From positions 1 through 38,712 of the forward strand of contig DF237688.1 of NCBI GenBank assembly GCA_000708835.1: DNA of 38,712 nt. The letters run 5' to 3'. Position numbers and translations under genes: made by a program. This DNA comes from Klebsormidium nitens (taxonomy: Eukaryota > Plantae > Klebsormidiophyceae). The notes under the pieces were generated by a model. It had not been told where the DNA came from. It was given only the letters and a program-made list of their open reading frames with translations, and did not search any database. Of this stretch, positions 23,308 through 35,999 are shown one piece after another; position 1 is the stretch's first letter, and every line of letters begins with the position of its first letter.

Positions 23308-25181
23308 ATGGCACCAGGTAAGAGAGGCGTCTTCCAAATTCCCTTTAACCACTGCTGCTCATCATCTTCCAGTTTTCTGATCATTCGCCGGTGCTTTGTA
23401 TCAAAAGATACCAAAGCAACAGCATCTTTCCATAGCTCTCTGCATTTAGTCCTCATGGTTCACCTGCCGCCCTTTGACTACTCAATCCGGCCCCTTACCT
23501 GAAGAAGCCCTTTCTTGGTTGCAGGGCAAGCACGCCAAGTGGTGAGCTCAAGCTGAAATGAAGATGCAGGATGTGCAATTACAATATACAGGCAGTAAAT
23601 ACAAAGGAAACCTGGCCCTGTGATTGTTCTGAAATGTGCAACCTCATGCCGTCCATTCTCTGTCTCCTACAACATGACGCGGATTGTTTTGCAATCTCTC
23701 ACAACAGCACGAGATCTCTCAAGTCCAGCTGGCGCCCTTAGAAATAGGTATACAAAGCTTGTGGCCTTTGATATCAGTCTCTGTCCTTGCAGCTAACATC
23801 GTTGACGCTGGAGATACTGTTCTACTTTGGCAAGTTGTATGACTACTTCTATTGGATCCTGACCTTGTTAATATTCATCTACAAAGGTGAGGAGTTTGCA
23901 AGTTACCTGCTTTTAGAAGTGCTGAGCGCTTCCACTCGGCAATTTTTGGTCGGGCAAAAATGTGGCGCAAAAATGTGCACTTAGAACTCCACATTTGAAA
24001 GGTTCTATGATAAAGCTGGGAAACTTCTAGCAGACCCTGTAGGTGCAGTGAGGATGTGTTCGCCAAACAGTCAGCTTATGCCGTCGTATGCTTACAACCA
24101 CCAAATGGGGCCACTTACGTGTCCACTTGTGCTTTGGTGCAGGTTCCAAACTCCCCTATCCGAAGCATGTTTTCGGGCTCGAGCTGGCTTTCCTGTTCAT
24201 GTTCTTGATTGTTGAACCAACTCGCATCTTCCTAGGTGAGTCTCTTATGAAACCCAACTGATTTGTGTCGTCCTGCAAATGTTCCGCAGTAACTTGAGCA
24301 GGCGAGCATCAGTGACGCAGAAACTTTCCCACATGCATTTGGTCTGATTCACAGCTCACTCTAGTCGGCCATTCCAAGAAGCTGGGTAAACTTCAAAACA
24401 TAGGCATAATTGTGCAGCAGGGAACAAATTTTTGTTCGCCTTCACTTCAGCCATGACAAGTTAGCTGATCACGCCAAGTAAATCCTTCTTGCCTGCCGTC
24501 TGTGTGTGCAGGTTCCAAAGGGAACAAAACAGAACAGGCAGGGCCTTTGGGGTGGTCCCTTGCTTTGGCGGCTCCTATCTTGAGCATGCACTTCTACTTC
24601 ATCCTGGGGCAGACATACGTGTGAGTACACGAAGTAGAAGCCTGAAGTGCTGAATCCGGTTTGTGAAACGCTCTAAAACCACCTAGAATCATGCACTGAG
24701 AGGATCACGTGGAGGCTGAGGACGTGCAATTGAGCCAAAGGCAATCCTTGATGGTGACGTGTCAGGCTCAGTTTTTTTTGTTTCGAAACCTCAACTCTCT
24801 GGTTCAAGGTTGTGTATTACCAACCTCTTCCTTAAACGGGTACCCTGCAGATTACGGATAGAACAATTTCTAAATGGAGTTGGGGTGGGCTTCGCTGGGT
24901 TACAGGTAAGTCATCGTAGGCGGTACAGTATCGTTGACCAGGCTTCTTGTCAAAGCTCTGCAAGTCTCAGTTGCGAATTTGTGATGGTGGATTGCTACTG
25001 GAAACTGAATCCTCATCATATTTTCGATTGTTGCTGCGTTGGCTCTCACCGCTTTCTTCGACTGGATGCGTCAGACCAATCTCCGAATAGGCAGAATAAC
25101 GGCTGACTCGATTCTTTTCTACAGGTTCTGATGGGTCTCCTAACGACCGCCGCCTTTATGAATGCTAGTCAGCGTTTGTGA
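23308..25181 (+). CDS. TMEM216: TMEM216/TMEM17-family ciliary transition-zone membrane protein, 7 exons, 144 aa
   Basis: Exons 23308-23317, 23525-23541, 23793-23886, 24143-24235, 24512-24620, 24851-24905, 25125-25181; total 435 nt in frame. Protein MAPGQARQVLTSLTLEILFYFGKLYDYFYWILTLLIFIYKGSKLPYPKHVFGLELAFLFMFLIVEPTRIFLGSKGNKTEQ...QTYVLRIEQFLNG aligns by eye with TMEM216 motifs (LSS.PLEIL, FLYKG..LPYP, R.F.G.KGN, QTYVLR.E). Four predicted TM helices. Confidence 0.88.
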
Positions 25182-26523
25182 TCTAGTAGCTTGCACCGAA
25201 AATGATGATTCATCATCTTTCTGTCACAGTCTTGAGAGTGGGGTTTGGTCCGAGGTCTCCGGCATTGCATGCGGTTTTGCCTGGTTAACTCGTCTTATAA
25301 TCTGCAATAAGTAAGACTGGCGTCAGGCCTCCTTGACCGCATAGGACTGATTGCAATGGCATCACACGTACGTCGACTCAGCCTTTTCGTATCTGCGACA
25401 ACCATGGCCTGCGTTGTTTAAACAGAGCTAGAGCGGGAAGCTATTCAGCAATGCCCGTCACGCTGGTTGTTATGCAGGAATACACGTGTGAGCCTGACGG
25501 TGAGAGCTTCGCAGCAATGACGGTTTTATCGGACATGAAACCACGCGGTCCGATCGCCCTGTTCATTGAATTGGTATGGCCGGCGGCAAGCTAGGCTCGG
25601 ATGGTAACTTTAATACGGATCAAGGCTGTTACTGTTCGTGTGCATCCACTTCATTAGTATGATCACGTATGTACAGCACATGATAAATTACATTTGTCTA
25701 CTGAAGCGCGTGGCTCAATGTACTAGTGCCCGGCCGCTCGCCAGCCTAGGCAGACTGCACCAGGGCCCCAGACGTCCAATCCACACGCACAACCGTCATG
25801 AAGCGGTTGGTGAGTCTGTCCGACACGTGCAGCTGGCATGTGAGTGTCCATTATTGTAACTATACCAATCATATATGGCACGGTGCTGATATAGCACGGA
25901 TATCTAGTAGCATGAGAATATTGTTGAGACGGTAACTCAAGTACCGAGGATTCCCATTGCTCGACGGTCACTTACCTTCATATTAAAACCGTAACGCCCA
26001 CCTGCAATCGTAGATTAAAGATCGCAATCAACCATGAAACTGCTTTTCTGCGCTTGCAAGATCGTACCAGATTGTTGTGACAATGTTGCATGATTATGAT
26101 TGCAATCAAGCGGATCGGAAGGAAGGCCGCATGCAACCTATCGGAAAGTGTCGTTAACCTTTGCATGAGCGTGCAAGTTCATCTGCGCAGCCTTCTGTTC
26201 TAAGATTGAACAAACTTTCGTTGGTTATAGACGTACGACAAAACGCTTCTCGATTAACCTGTGCCTAATGTTACAGCCAAAATTGGCGACAGCCCTGAAC
26301 TTCATACCAGCGGATGCGGGCCCTGTGATTCAAGATTATTGAAAGCTAGCCCCGAACACAACGTCCTCTCCTATCTTAATATACGAGCGCCTGCGGCGCT
26401 GACTCGAAGGGATGGAAGTGCTACCAGACCAAAGTCAACTTGGGCAAAACGCCTCACTGGACAGAGTTTCTTGAGTGTAGACACAGCCTCAACAGCTCTA
26501 CTGTGCAGCCCCGATCAGCCTCG

Positions 26524-29500
26524 TCATACCAGCTTCAGCTCCTTCAGACCGTCGACGATACCGTCCACTCCCTTCTTTTCGTCGACCGCAACCACGTTCG
26601 GCAGCTTGGCAGGGTCTTCTTCGGTGCTCCCTTGGGCACTGCCCTTCGTCGCGTTCTCCGGACGCGCGACACCGCCCACCAGAACCACGCACACCGATCC
26701 GCCCAACAGCTCGATGTGGTCCGCATCGCCCGCGTACCCCGCAACGACGATCACGTTCGAGACCTCGATCCCCCACCGCACCGCAAGATACCGCAGCGCC
26801 TGGCTCCTGCTGGCGTGCACGGGAAGCAGGTGAAGGGTGGAGTTGCCGCGGCAGTAGATGACATGGCAGCGCAGGCCGCGCGTCCGCAGGCGGCGGCGCA
26901 GCTCGGAGCCGGACGGTGCCTGCAAACAGGATACTGCTGTGAGGAAAGACTGCATATTGAGACAGTGAACGTGTGCTGCCAGAGGCGGCTAACGTAAGTT
27001 TAGCCGGCTATTGAGTGTCGAAATGGAATTGGACATTGACGTTCAGCATAAGTACCCAGCAAACCGTGTCCAAAATGAAGAGAGTGTGAATGCAAGACCT
27101 CAATGCAGTTCAAGACTCGAGAGGCCCAGTCCAGTGCACCTTCACGGGCTTCCGGTTTTTGTGATACTTTTCCCCATTGCCTATGGCGGAAGCGCACTTC
27201 CCCCGCGGCCTCACCTGTGCCAGGTCGACCACCTTGTACGCCAGTCGGTGGTGCCCCATGTGCTCGCGGTCCTCCGTCAAGCTCAGCACCGGCTTCGGCC
27301 CGCCCGCCTTGCGCGCGTCCGCACCCTTCTCGCTCCCGGCCGCCACGATGTTCACCATCGCCTTACGCAGCCCGTCGCCGCCCCAGCGGTACTCCACGTG
27401 GGCATTGTAGTCCAGGTCGGGGTACAGCTTCGTCCCGGCCGAGTCCGTCAGCTGGTCGCCCTTCTCGCCGTCCCCGAGCGGGCCCGGGTAATACAGCTCG
27501 CTCCCGCTGCCCGCGATCACCACGTCCAGGTCCTTGAGCCCGATCGCGGCCCCTTCCAGCAGCGCCACGAGTTCCGGCCCCGTGAGCGCTGTCGCAATCG
27601 CGAACCCGGTCTTGTCCGTCTTGGCCGCCTTCAACCCGGCCGACAAGACCTTGGCCAGGGTCCCGGTTGCCTTCCCCGAGGGGTCGTAGTCGTCGACGGC
27701 GACCACCACCAGGTGCTTCCGCCCACGCATCCGCATGCCCAGCTCCTCGGTGGACCGCGCCTGGGGGCCCGGGGCGGCGTCCCCGTCCTCTGGGAGACCC
27801 TGCAGGCCCGTGTTGTTGGTGCTCGGGTACTTCTTCCCCGGGCGGTCGCCGGGGGTGCCGCTGCCCTGGCGCATGAGCTTCTCGATCTCCCCAGGGGACT
27901 TGATGCGCCAGTTGCCGCTCTGCGTGCGCGTGATGTTGTCCTCGTCCAGCGACAGCTTCATGTCGCGCATGCTCATCTCGGGGCCCAGCGAGTCGGTGCG
28001 GTACGACGGGTCGGACTCCAGCCCGGGGGCCTTCCACTTGGGGTGCCGCTGCCGGCAGTGGGCCACCTGGATAGGAAGATGTCGCCGTTACATCCAAGTT
28101 GCCAGATCAAGGAGGAAGGTTTATGCAGAGCTTTCCGCACCGGAGTGTGAACAGAGGCTTGCTCATTACCTTGGGTTTGGTGCATGCTTTGACCGCAGAC
28201 TAGGATGTGCAGTCGACTCAAACCTGCTATCTTGTTCGACGTTTGACTGCCTTGTACGCTCCGAGACTCCCTTCAAAAGTTCGTGACTTCCTTCAAAACT
28301 TCGACTGAACTCAGTCCGCGACAACCGACTGCTCCTTCAAATGTCCTTACACGCGTGATCGTAGAGCAGTCTGAGGAGCGGCAAGCTAAAATTGCTAAAA
28401 TTGCTAAAATTGAGAGGAGAATGTTGCGCGAACGACCGTGTACACAAGGAAAGTCAAAATTGAGGCGATACAAGCCGACGCCTTTGTCTGAAGCCTAAAC
28501 TTCAACCTTTCTTGAGCCATCCACATATTGGTGCGTCGTCTGAGCGTTTCGGGCAGAGTGCTCCGGAACAGGAGAAATCACGAACAGAAGAAACGCCGTT
28601 CCAATCGCCTCGCAACAACGCCCGCAATCAAGGCTGTAATTCAATCTACGCCTCACCTTCTGGAGATACTGGCGGCAGTGGTTGGGCCAGCTGTACTTGT
28701 GGATGTTTTGCAGGCCGTTCTTGCGGCAGTCGGACCACATCTTGCGGTCCATCACCAGCTTCAGCAGCGAGTCCGCGATGCCCTCCTGGTCGTGCGGGTC
28801 TATCAGCAGCCCGTTGTTCAGCGTCTGGGGAGCGAGAGAGAAAGAAAGCGTAAGCAGACCGGATCAAGCAGACAGCGGACCGTAAACACGCGAGTCGCAC
28901 TTGTGACTTCAAAGGTCTCCGCTGAGGCCCCATCGCATTGAAAAGCGTCCGCTTGTCACAGCTTCGAGATTGCTTCGTAAAACATTACGGTCAGTCCGCT
29001 GACTGCGTGCTCAATTGCTGCGGAGCATTTCAAAGTTTCTAAATCCAAGAGTTGCAGAAAGCTGGCGAGCGTCCTATGTCAGCCCTGCTAAGGTCTTTTC
29101 TCTTCTGATGCGAACAGATTTTTCAAAGCAGAGCAATAAAAGGCGGCTCACCCTCTGGATGTCCACCGGGCCGCCGTTCTTGGTGGCGACCATTGGCAGG
29201 CCGTATGCCGCAGCCTCAATCAGGGTCAGGCCGAAGGGCTCCACCAGGGCAGGGTTCACGAACACGCCCTGCACAAACGATTAAAGCTAAAACCCTTAAA
29301 TCAGCGTCATGCGAGGAACCACGAGTTGCTCATTAGCTTTATTCTTGGAACCGATTCGTTGTAAATCCGGATATCGTGGATCACCACCGCCCTCTGAAAC
29401 GTATTGCGAGGCAACCGCCTGCACATATGCTCAAGACGTCTTTCGCAGCAGCAACGATTATCGCAGAGGTATATCGGAGAGGTTGGCGCCCTCGCTGACA

Positions 29501-32500
29501 GGCTGACTCGAGTGACAATCAGATGAAAATTCCTGTATCCACTGCCTTACCTTGGTCCTGGCGGCCAGGCGGTAGATCTCGGGCACCTCCGGCTGCTTGT
29601 GGTGCTTCGGGTAGGACACGAGGCCGTACAGGTCGTACTTGTCAATCAGCTTCAGGACCTGGGTCAGCACGTTGCTCGCGCTCTCGCTGAGCTCGTCGAT
29701 GACGTCACGGTTGCCCATGATGAGGGTCTGCACAAGATAAAGAAGGATGAGCGGGTGGCTTGCAATTGACGGTAACAATCTGGTCACTTAGAGCCAACAT
29801 TTTTCGTCCCGCCGATTGATACCCTCTCGTTTCAGTAAGGTAACATTCGCTTATCGAGGAGTGCCTTGCTGTGTCTCATCGAAAAGCTTTTCTAGGAAAC
29901 TCTGTGACTAACTTGCAATGAATTTGACGGAAAGAGGAAGTGCAACCATCCATCAGACCCAAGAACTCTGGCAACTGATTTTCGCAAAGCACTCACCAGA
30001 TTTGCGGTGTCTCGCAGGTGCTTGTTCTCGCCAAAGGCCTCCACCAGCGTGGTCAGGTTCTTCTTGGGATCGGCACGGGCAAGCGCAAGGATCATGGGCT
30101 TGTGCGGGTTGGAGAAGAAGCGGTTGACCTCGGACCAGATGGGCGGGTCCGGCTTGGGCGACATGGGGGACTCCTCGTCTGCCTGAGCCGCCAGGTCAGC
30201 GCTGGAACCCTTGCTCGCGGTCTGAACCACCACGTGGCTGAAATCCATACCGGGAGGGATGACCTGCGTTTAAAGGTGGCCACAGGTGGCTTTGCAGGTC
30301 ATGACCTCGGACTGGCCATTACTCTCGATACTCTGTGCGCTGGAATTTCTATAGCTTGTGTTTGCTGGATAGTATAGTGGAATGAGGACGAAATTAACCA
30401 AACCGCAGGTGGTTGTCTGCTACACCGTCAGTTCTTCCCATGTCTTGGGTCTCTGTAATGTCGGCCAACTTGCAGACTGAAAATCGTGCTGCAAAGGCAA
30501 TTCCCAAGACTTACCGCCATGCGTGGCATGAAGCGGCCGTGTGTGGGCAGGTTCTTCCTGGCGCGCATTCTGAGCACTCGCTCCAGCTTGGCATCGTAGC
30601 CGTCGTACAGGCCCCACTGCTCAATGATCTCCTGCTGCGTGCTCGTAACCACGAGCTCGGCCGCGTCCAGCGCAAACTCCTCTGCTTCAATGCGGCGCAT
30701 GATGCGATACGTGGTGTCAATCGAGGCGAGGCTCTGGCGGCCCTGCAGGCACAAGGGTGTCCAAGCATATCAGCTTCGAACTACTTGGTGTAGTGGTGGT
30801 TCAAGCTTAAGAGGAGTCTCAGCCACTGGACTGCTCTAAGCAGTGCCGTTATGAAAGTCAGTCATGGAAGCTTCGTTTTAACAGTCACCTTGTATTCAAA
30901 ACGAGGTATCCTCGAGTTAAATAGTTTCTCCCAATGTGCGTCTTATCAACGACTGTGATCTGACTTCTTGCAATTTGAAAAGTCTCGTCTCAGTGGATTC
31001 TCTTCCATACTGACAGTTTGCCTGCCTTCAAAATCTCCTTCCTGCAGTATCACAGCCGCTCCTCTCACTGACATTCTTGAAAGTGAGTATGCGGTCCATA
31101 CCTGCTTCAGTAGCTGCTCCAGCTTGTTCCTGCCAAGCGAGTGGCCCGTCAGAACCATGGGTACATTGAGCGCCCCCGAGAGCAGCGCGGCAATGTCTCC
31201 AGCGTCAGCATAGTGGCCATGGATCACGTGCGGCCATACAGGCTCTCCCTGCCCAATCTGCTCGCCTAGGACTCGCACCATGTTGGTCACGTGACCAATG
31301 GCCCCGTCCACGAACTCCTGGACGAATGGCCACAGCTGCAAGCCAAAGAGCCACTTAGTGAGAAGCTCATCGAGTGAGATGACTTTCAGTTGAACAAGTA
31401 CTTCAACCAGTCTTGCAGACAGAGTCAATACAATTCAAGACAGACAGAGAACCACATTGTCAGAGTTGCGAAGATGGGACGAAAATTGTTTTTCCATTAA
31501 TAAATCTAGTGGCAACCAACATAATGTAGAAATGCACTTCCAACAGAATAAGGTCTGATAAGGGGGTCTGCTAGCAGTGGTCTTACCTCCTCCTTTCTGA
31601 TGTACTTCTCCCTGGGGCCACAGGGTATCCGCACAATGTATGCGCCGCGGCTCTCCCCGTAGTTCTCACCCTCCTCCCCGCCTTCCTCCCCATCTGGCGC
31701 ACCTGAGGTCAGCATCTCCTGCGGCTCCCCATAGCTGTAGTCCACACTGGGATCACAGATCTGGCGCGTCAGGAGGTCCACTCGGTACACCTGCGGCAGC
31801 TCTGCTAGGGCCTTGGCAAACTCGACAACGTACTTGACCTGGCCGCCGGTATCAGCATCGCGTCCCAGCTCCATGTGCTCACCACGGACAAGGCCATGGA
31901 GACTGCAGGGAAAAAGAGATTCAAGAGATCAATCTGAGACAGCATGATATTAAAGGAGAATGTGGATTTCAGAGAGCTTCTAAGTAATGTTCACAGAGGA
32001 TGCAATGATGAAAGGAAAGCAGTTTCTGGGGCTCAAATGTGAAAAGATGACGAACACCTAGTACCAGGAAGTAGGTCAAGTTTTGAGACACCAGCTAGGA
32101 CAGGTTGTCAGAATAGTGGCGCAAAGGAATGTGAACTCGTTTGACATGCTTGTTCAAAGCAGCAATATCAAGTGCACATTCTTTTGTCTCATCAGCTCTT
32201 GCTTTATTGCAAACAGGATATGTTGCAGTAGTGGCACTGTTGAAGCTGCCCCCTAGACAAGTGCTCAGGTTTTCCATTCACACCTGTGACGCAGCTTCTT
32301 TGTTCCTGCATTGCACCACATTCTGACCTGCTTCAAACCGTACCTGATCATGACAATGTAGAGGTTGCCCTCTTTCTTCTCATGGTCCACAGGGAGACTT
32401 GCTGATGACTCCAACTGCTTGGCCTCCCCTTCTGATGCAGTGTAAGATTCCGACTCCACAGTGGACTCGTCTTCCTCAGTGTCTGGATCTTCGCGCAGGT

Positions 32501-33519
32501 CAGCTTCGTCTGCAGCCCTGTCACTCTCGCGCTGCATGTGCAGACGAGCAAGGCGCTGTGCCTCCTCCCACTCAACCTGCAGAAAAGGGCACCTCAGAAT
32601 GAAGGAAGCCACCGGTCTATCCACCCGATCATCGCCCTGTCCAGATACAGTAGATCATACAGCACGCGCACTGTAGCGTCAGAGGCAATTGATCTTTATC
32701 CTCTGCTTTAGAATACTGTGTCTGACTCCTTCAAGTTGATGGACTGATCTTTTTGTGATGTCTCATCGTCTTCTACCATGGCATTGCATATGCCCTGTAC
32801 ATCTGTCAAGTGGATAGAAGCTTGGGCGTTCCTTTGAGGGTTTCTGGATAGCTCGCGCAGTGACAAGAGGGCAAAGATCCTCAAGATTTGACGCTACTTG
32901 CAGAGTCTAGGCCCTTCTTTGTGAAACAGAACCAACTCTGTGAACTAGATCTGTATGTACCTTTTTCTTCAGGCGTGTCATGTGCCAGATTCTCCAACAC
33001 AGGTACTCCAGACGGCTGCCACGCTCGTGTACATTCTTCATCGCAGTCGCCTGCAAGCATAGAAAATTGCAGTGCATGAGATATTCATGCCCTCCAAGCG
33101 AACCGCCAAGAGTCATGCCCTCCGACCACTAGGGATAAGAAATCCTTTTGGACACCTCTTGACATGTGCAGATTGAAAGCATTGTCTGAAGGAGATCGCA
33201 AGCTTGTTGTGATACAAATAGCAATCAGACACCAGGTGCTCTCAATCTGAATGGCGCCAACAGTGACAGCAGATCGCCGACTTGTTGCATTGTGGTGCAT
33301 GCATACCTTCATCCATGTTCTATGCAGATCCGTCTCATCAAAGCCAGTGATCTGCTTCACAAAGAATGGCACCGCGAGGCTGTCCTTCTTTGTGGCGGCC
33401 TCCTTCCCTTCACTTTTGCTGTCCTTCTTGCCCTTCTGCGGAGCTTGCTTTGCCACCGCGCTACCCTCTGTGTCGAGGATTGCTTCCAGATAACCATTGA
33501 TCCAATCGTTGTCTGCCAT
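26524..33519 (-). CDS. SPS: Sucrose-phosphate synthase, 12 exons, ~1096 aa
   Basis: Exons 33307-33519, 32961-33050, 32344-32576, 31587-31902, 31102-31335, 30515-30742, 29997-30263, 29551-29727, 29152-29268, 28657-28824, 27215-28066, 26524-26919; total 3291 nt in frame. Motifs [78 protein letters not shown], and a C-terminal SPP-like domain ([14 protein letters not shown]). Confidence 0.97.
28385..28411. repeat. Short tandem repeat (GCTAAAATT)x3 in an SPS intron
   Basis: Three perfect 9-bp copies at 28385, 28394, 28403. Confidence 0.85.
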
Positions 33520-34215
33520 CTTGGCTGTTCCTGCTGACACAACCCGTCGTTGCAAGCGTCGCAGCTAAGCTTGATACTGCAATTGAACTCTGAACAATGC
33601 GGGAAAACCTAGCCGCTGCTTGTCTCGTCTCCGTGCTCCTCAGCTGTTGCAAAATCGTCAATGCTGAAGCCTGCGCACATCCACTGATCCAGATTCAATG
33701 CTGCTCGCTGAGCCCTCCGAATCGAAAGCCAAGGTTGGCCTCCAAACCCTGTCTAAACACTGAAGGTCTGCAATCTAACCGAGGAGATTGTGGTCAGGTT
33801 GCGCCCAGGACGTCATCTCACAACCGGTTGACCTGATTCCTGTGCCACGCGTCGAGTTTGCAAGCCTTAGAGAAAAACCGGGGTACTTGATAAGATGCTG
33901 ACATGTGGAAGCAATAGGCTTCGGAAGCAATCCAACGCTTCAGAATGCACTCATGGATCTTGCAGGTTACCAGGGTCCAACAAGTGGCACGCTCGTTCGG
34001 TGTCTCCGAATCATTGGCCTGCCACTGCCCAGTGCCACATCTGCTTAACCCTTTTACCCTAACCGGCATGCTAAAGCTAGCGCAGGGTTTGAGCTTTCAG
34101 AACGCCAGCAGGCTGCAGCTCGTTGTTTGGTCTCTGATCTCTGTCTTCCCTGCCTTCAAGTTCGAGAAATCCAGGCGCTGAAAGCCACGGGGGCAGCAAT
34201 TCCATTGAACAATCC

Positions 34216-35825
34216 ATGTCTACGGGTCTGCCTGGCGCTGGCAACGGAGATGATCTAGACGTAGTGCTGCAAGAACTTCAAATGTATGAGACATCTATTG
34301 GTCCAACGATATCTACAGTCTGGGATGGTTCTCTTGCATGCTGTTGCTGGCGGTGCTGATGTACGTAGAATCCTTCCTGCACCTTCAAAGGTGGTGTTCC
34401 TGCATTGCAACGTTAAACTGTAGATTGAGTCACTTTCGTGACTTTCCTTTAGCAGAAGGTATCTTAACACAAGGGAACATTGTGTCATCTGCAGTGATAA
34501 TTCGGTGTGTGCGGACAAATCCTGTAAGAAGAATGTAATCCTGCTAGGCCAAGTGTGCAAATTGTGCAAGCTCAAGGTAAGTCCAATGAAGACTCTTTAT
34601 CGAAGGGACACAAAGGTTCATTGTGTCTGAAGCATATTATGATGCCCAGATTGAACATTCTTGACCGGCGTGTCAAAACCTGTGCATGGGTTGACCTTTG
34701 TGGGTTTGAAGTAACTCGATTCCTGCTGAAGCAGCTTTTCTATCTGTTGCAGTTCTGCCTAACGCACGGGTAAGTTTTATCCATGCCTTCAAATCAGTGC
34801 AGAATGGTCCAGTCCACCTTCTCTGTTGCCCAATGTGCGTTTCACCTCATCAGGTGCTCTATGCCTTCTAAGTGCTTGTACCACCTTGTCATGACTAAAA
34901 TTGTAGGTCTACATGCTTGACATAGGGCAGAAACAAGCAATGAAACAGTCAAACAATCGAACAAGGTTTGCTAAGTGCCCCTTTCTGGCGCAGGGAGTGT
35001 GCGACTTTTCTGTGATTTCTGAAATTTCCAGCAGATTGGAAGGGCGCGTCATAAAATCTATGTGCAATAAAATATATTGTATGGCAATTCCAAATTTCGT
35101 GTAGAAGTCGTTCTTGCTCTCTGATTCTGGTGTGGCTTTGCGCAGTCTGCCAGAAGCACACGGGTGTGGAGCTGATGCAAAAAAGGCTGCCAGGTGCGTG
35201 GACGAATCCGTCTGCAGACATTCCTTGGCTTTTCCACGCTTCCTTTATAGTACATCACTGCTTAGATTTCTGATCTGTCTTTGTCACACTGGACCATCTG
35301 AATCATTCAGGTCAGAACCCATAAATGCTCTGTCTTAAAACAGGAAGGAGTGGTTGAAAACGGACGGGAACACAAAGCCCCAAGGCTCAGCCCAAGGCAG
35401 CTCAAAGGATTGGCACCGCCCATACCTGGCCAAGAAGTTGAAGGACCAAGTCGACCAAAAGTAAGAGTCCCTCACTTGAATCTACCCCTGAGTATCTCTG
35501 ATATCACTCGTGCTGATGCAGTCATGGTGTCTGTTTGATTCCTCTGTATTGTTCGGCGGGTGCGCAGCACGACATTGGAATTAAATATAAGTTCCAAGAC
35601 ACATTAGTCTGATGTATAAGACTCCAACAGAACCTCCCTTCGAGCGTCGAGTGACTCTATCTCCGCCCCTACACAGACAAGGCAAAGAACGCAAACTACT
35701 TGCAGTGCTTGGTTATTGTGTCGTCGCTTGTTTTCCTTTGCAGACCAATAGTTGAATAAGTGATTCCCTTGTTTAGATCGTTCGGACGACGGAAGGGCGC
35801 TCCAGAAGGCAAGCCCAAGAAATGA
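34216..35825 (+). CDS. Small AN1-type zinc finger protein resembling the isolated C-terminus of IGHMBP2/SMUBP-2, 6 exons, ~126 aa
   Basis: Exons 34216-34283, 34495-34576, 34753-34769, 35146-35193, 35344-35460, 35777-35825; total 381 nt in frame. Protein MSTGLPGAGNGDDLDVVLQELQIDNSVCADKSCKKNVILLGQVCKLCKLKFCLTHGLPEAHGCGADAKKAARKEWLKTDGNTKPQGSAQGSSKDWHRPYLAKKLKDQVDQKSFGRRKGAPEGKPKK has the full AN1 pattern C-x4-C-x10-C-x2-C-x4-C-x2-H-x5-H-x-C. The start codon and last exon are less certain than the internal exons. Confidence 0.82.
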
Positions 35826-35999
35826 GAAAAGTCTTTGCCTTTTACTCCAGCTGTTGACCGAGTCGCACGATTATCGTGTTGCAAAGGTACGAAAGAGTTC
35901 CCTATGCGCTGGTTTGTCTTGTGCTTCTTCCTCTGCACAACGCATATGAGGACGACAACTGACAGACAGTTGCTTCCTTAAGCAACTGTCATAGTGCAC

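Noticed and set aside
23059-23456. Minus-strand ORFs (97 and 91 aa) upstream of and overlapping TMEM216 exon 1
   Set aside because: Explained as antisense to the TMEM216 5' region; no recognisable protein.
27011-28150. 379-aa plus-strand ORF
   Set aside because: Antisense shadow of GC3-rich SPS exon 11; no independent motifs.
33597-33836. ORF starting with a signal-peptide-like MRENLAAACLVSVLLSCC
   Set aside because: Lies in the SPS 5' UTR/promoter gap, is short, and has no supporting splice chain or homology.
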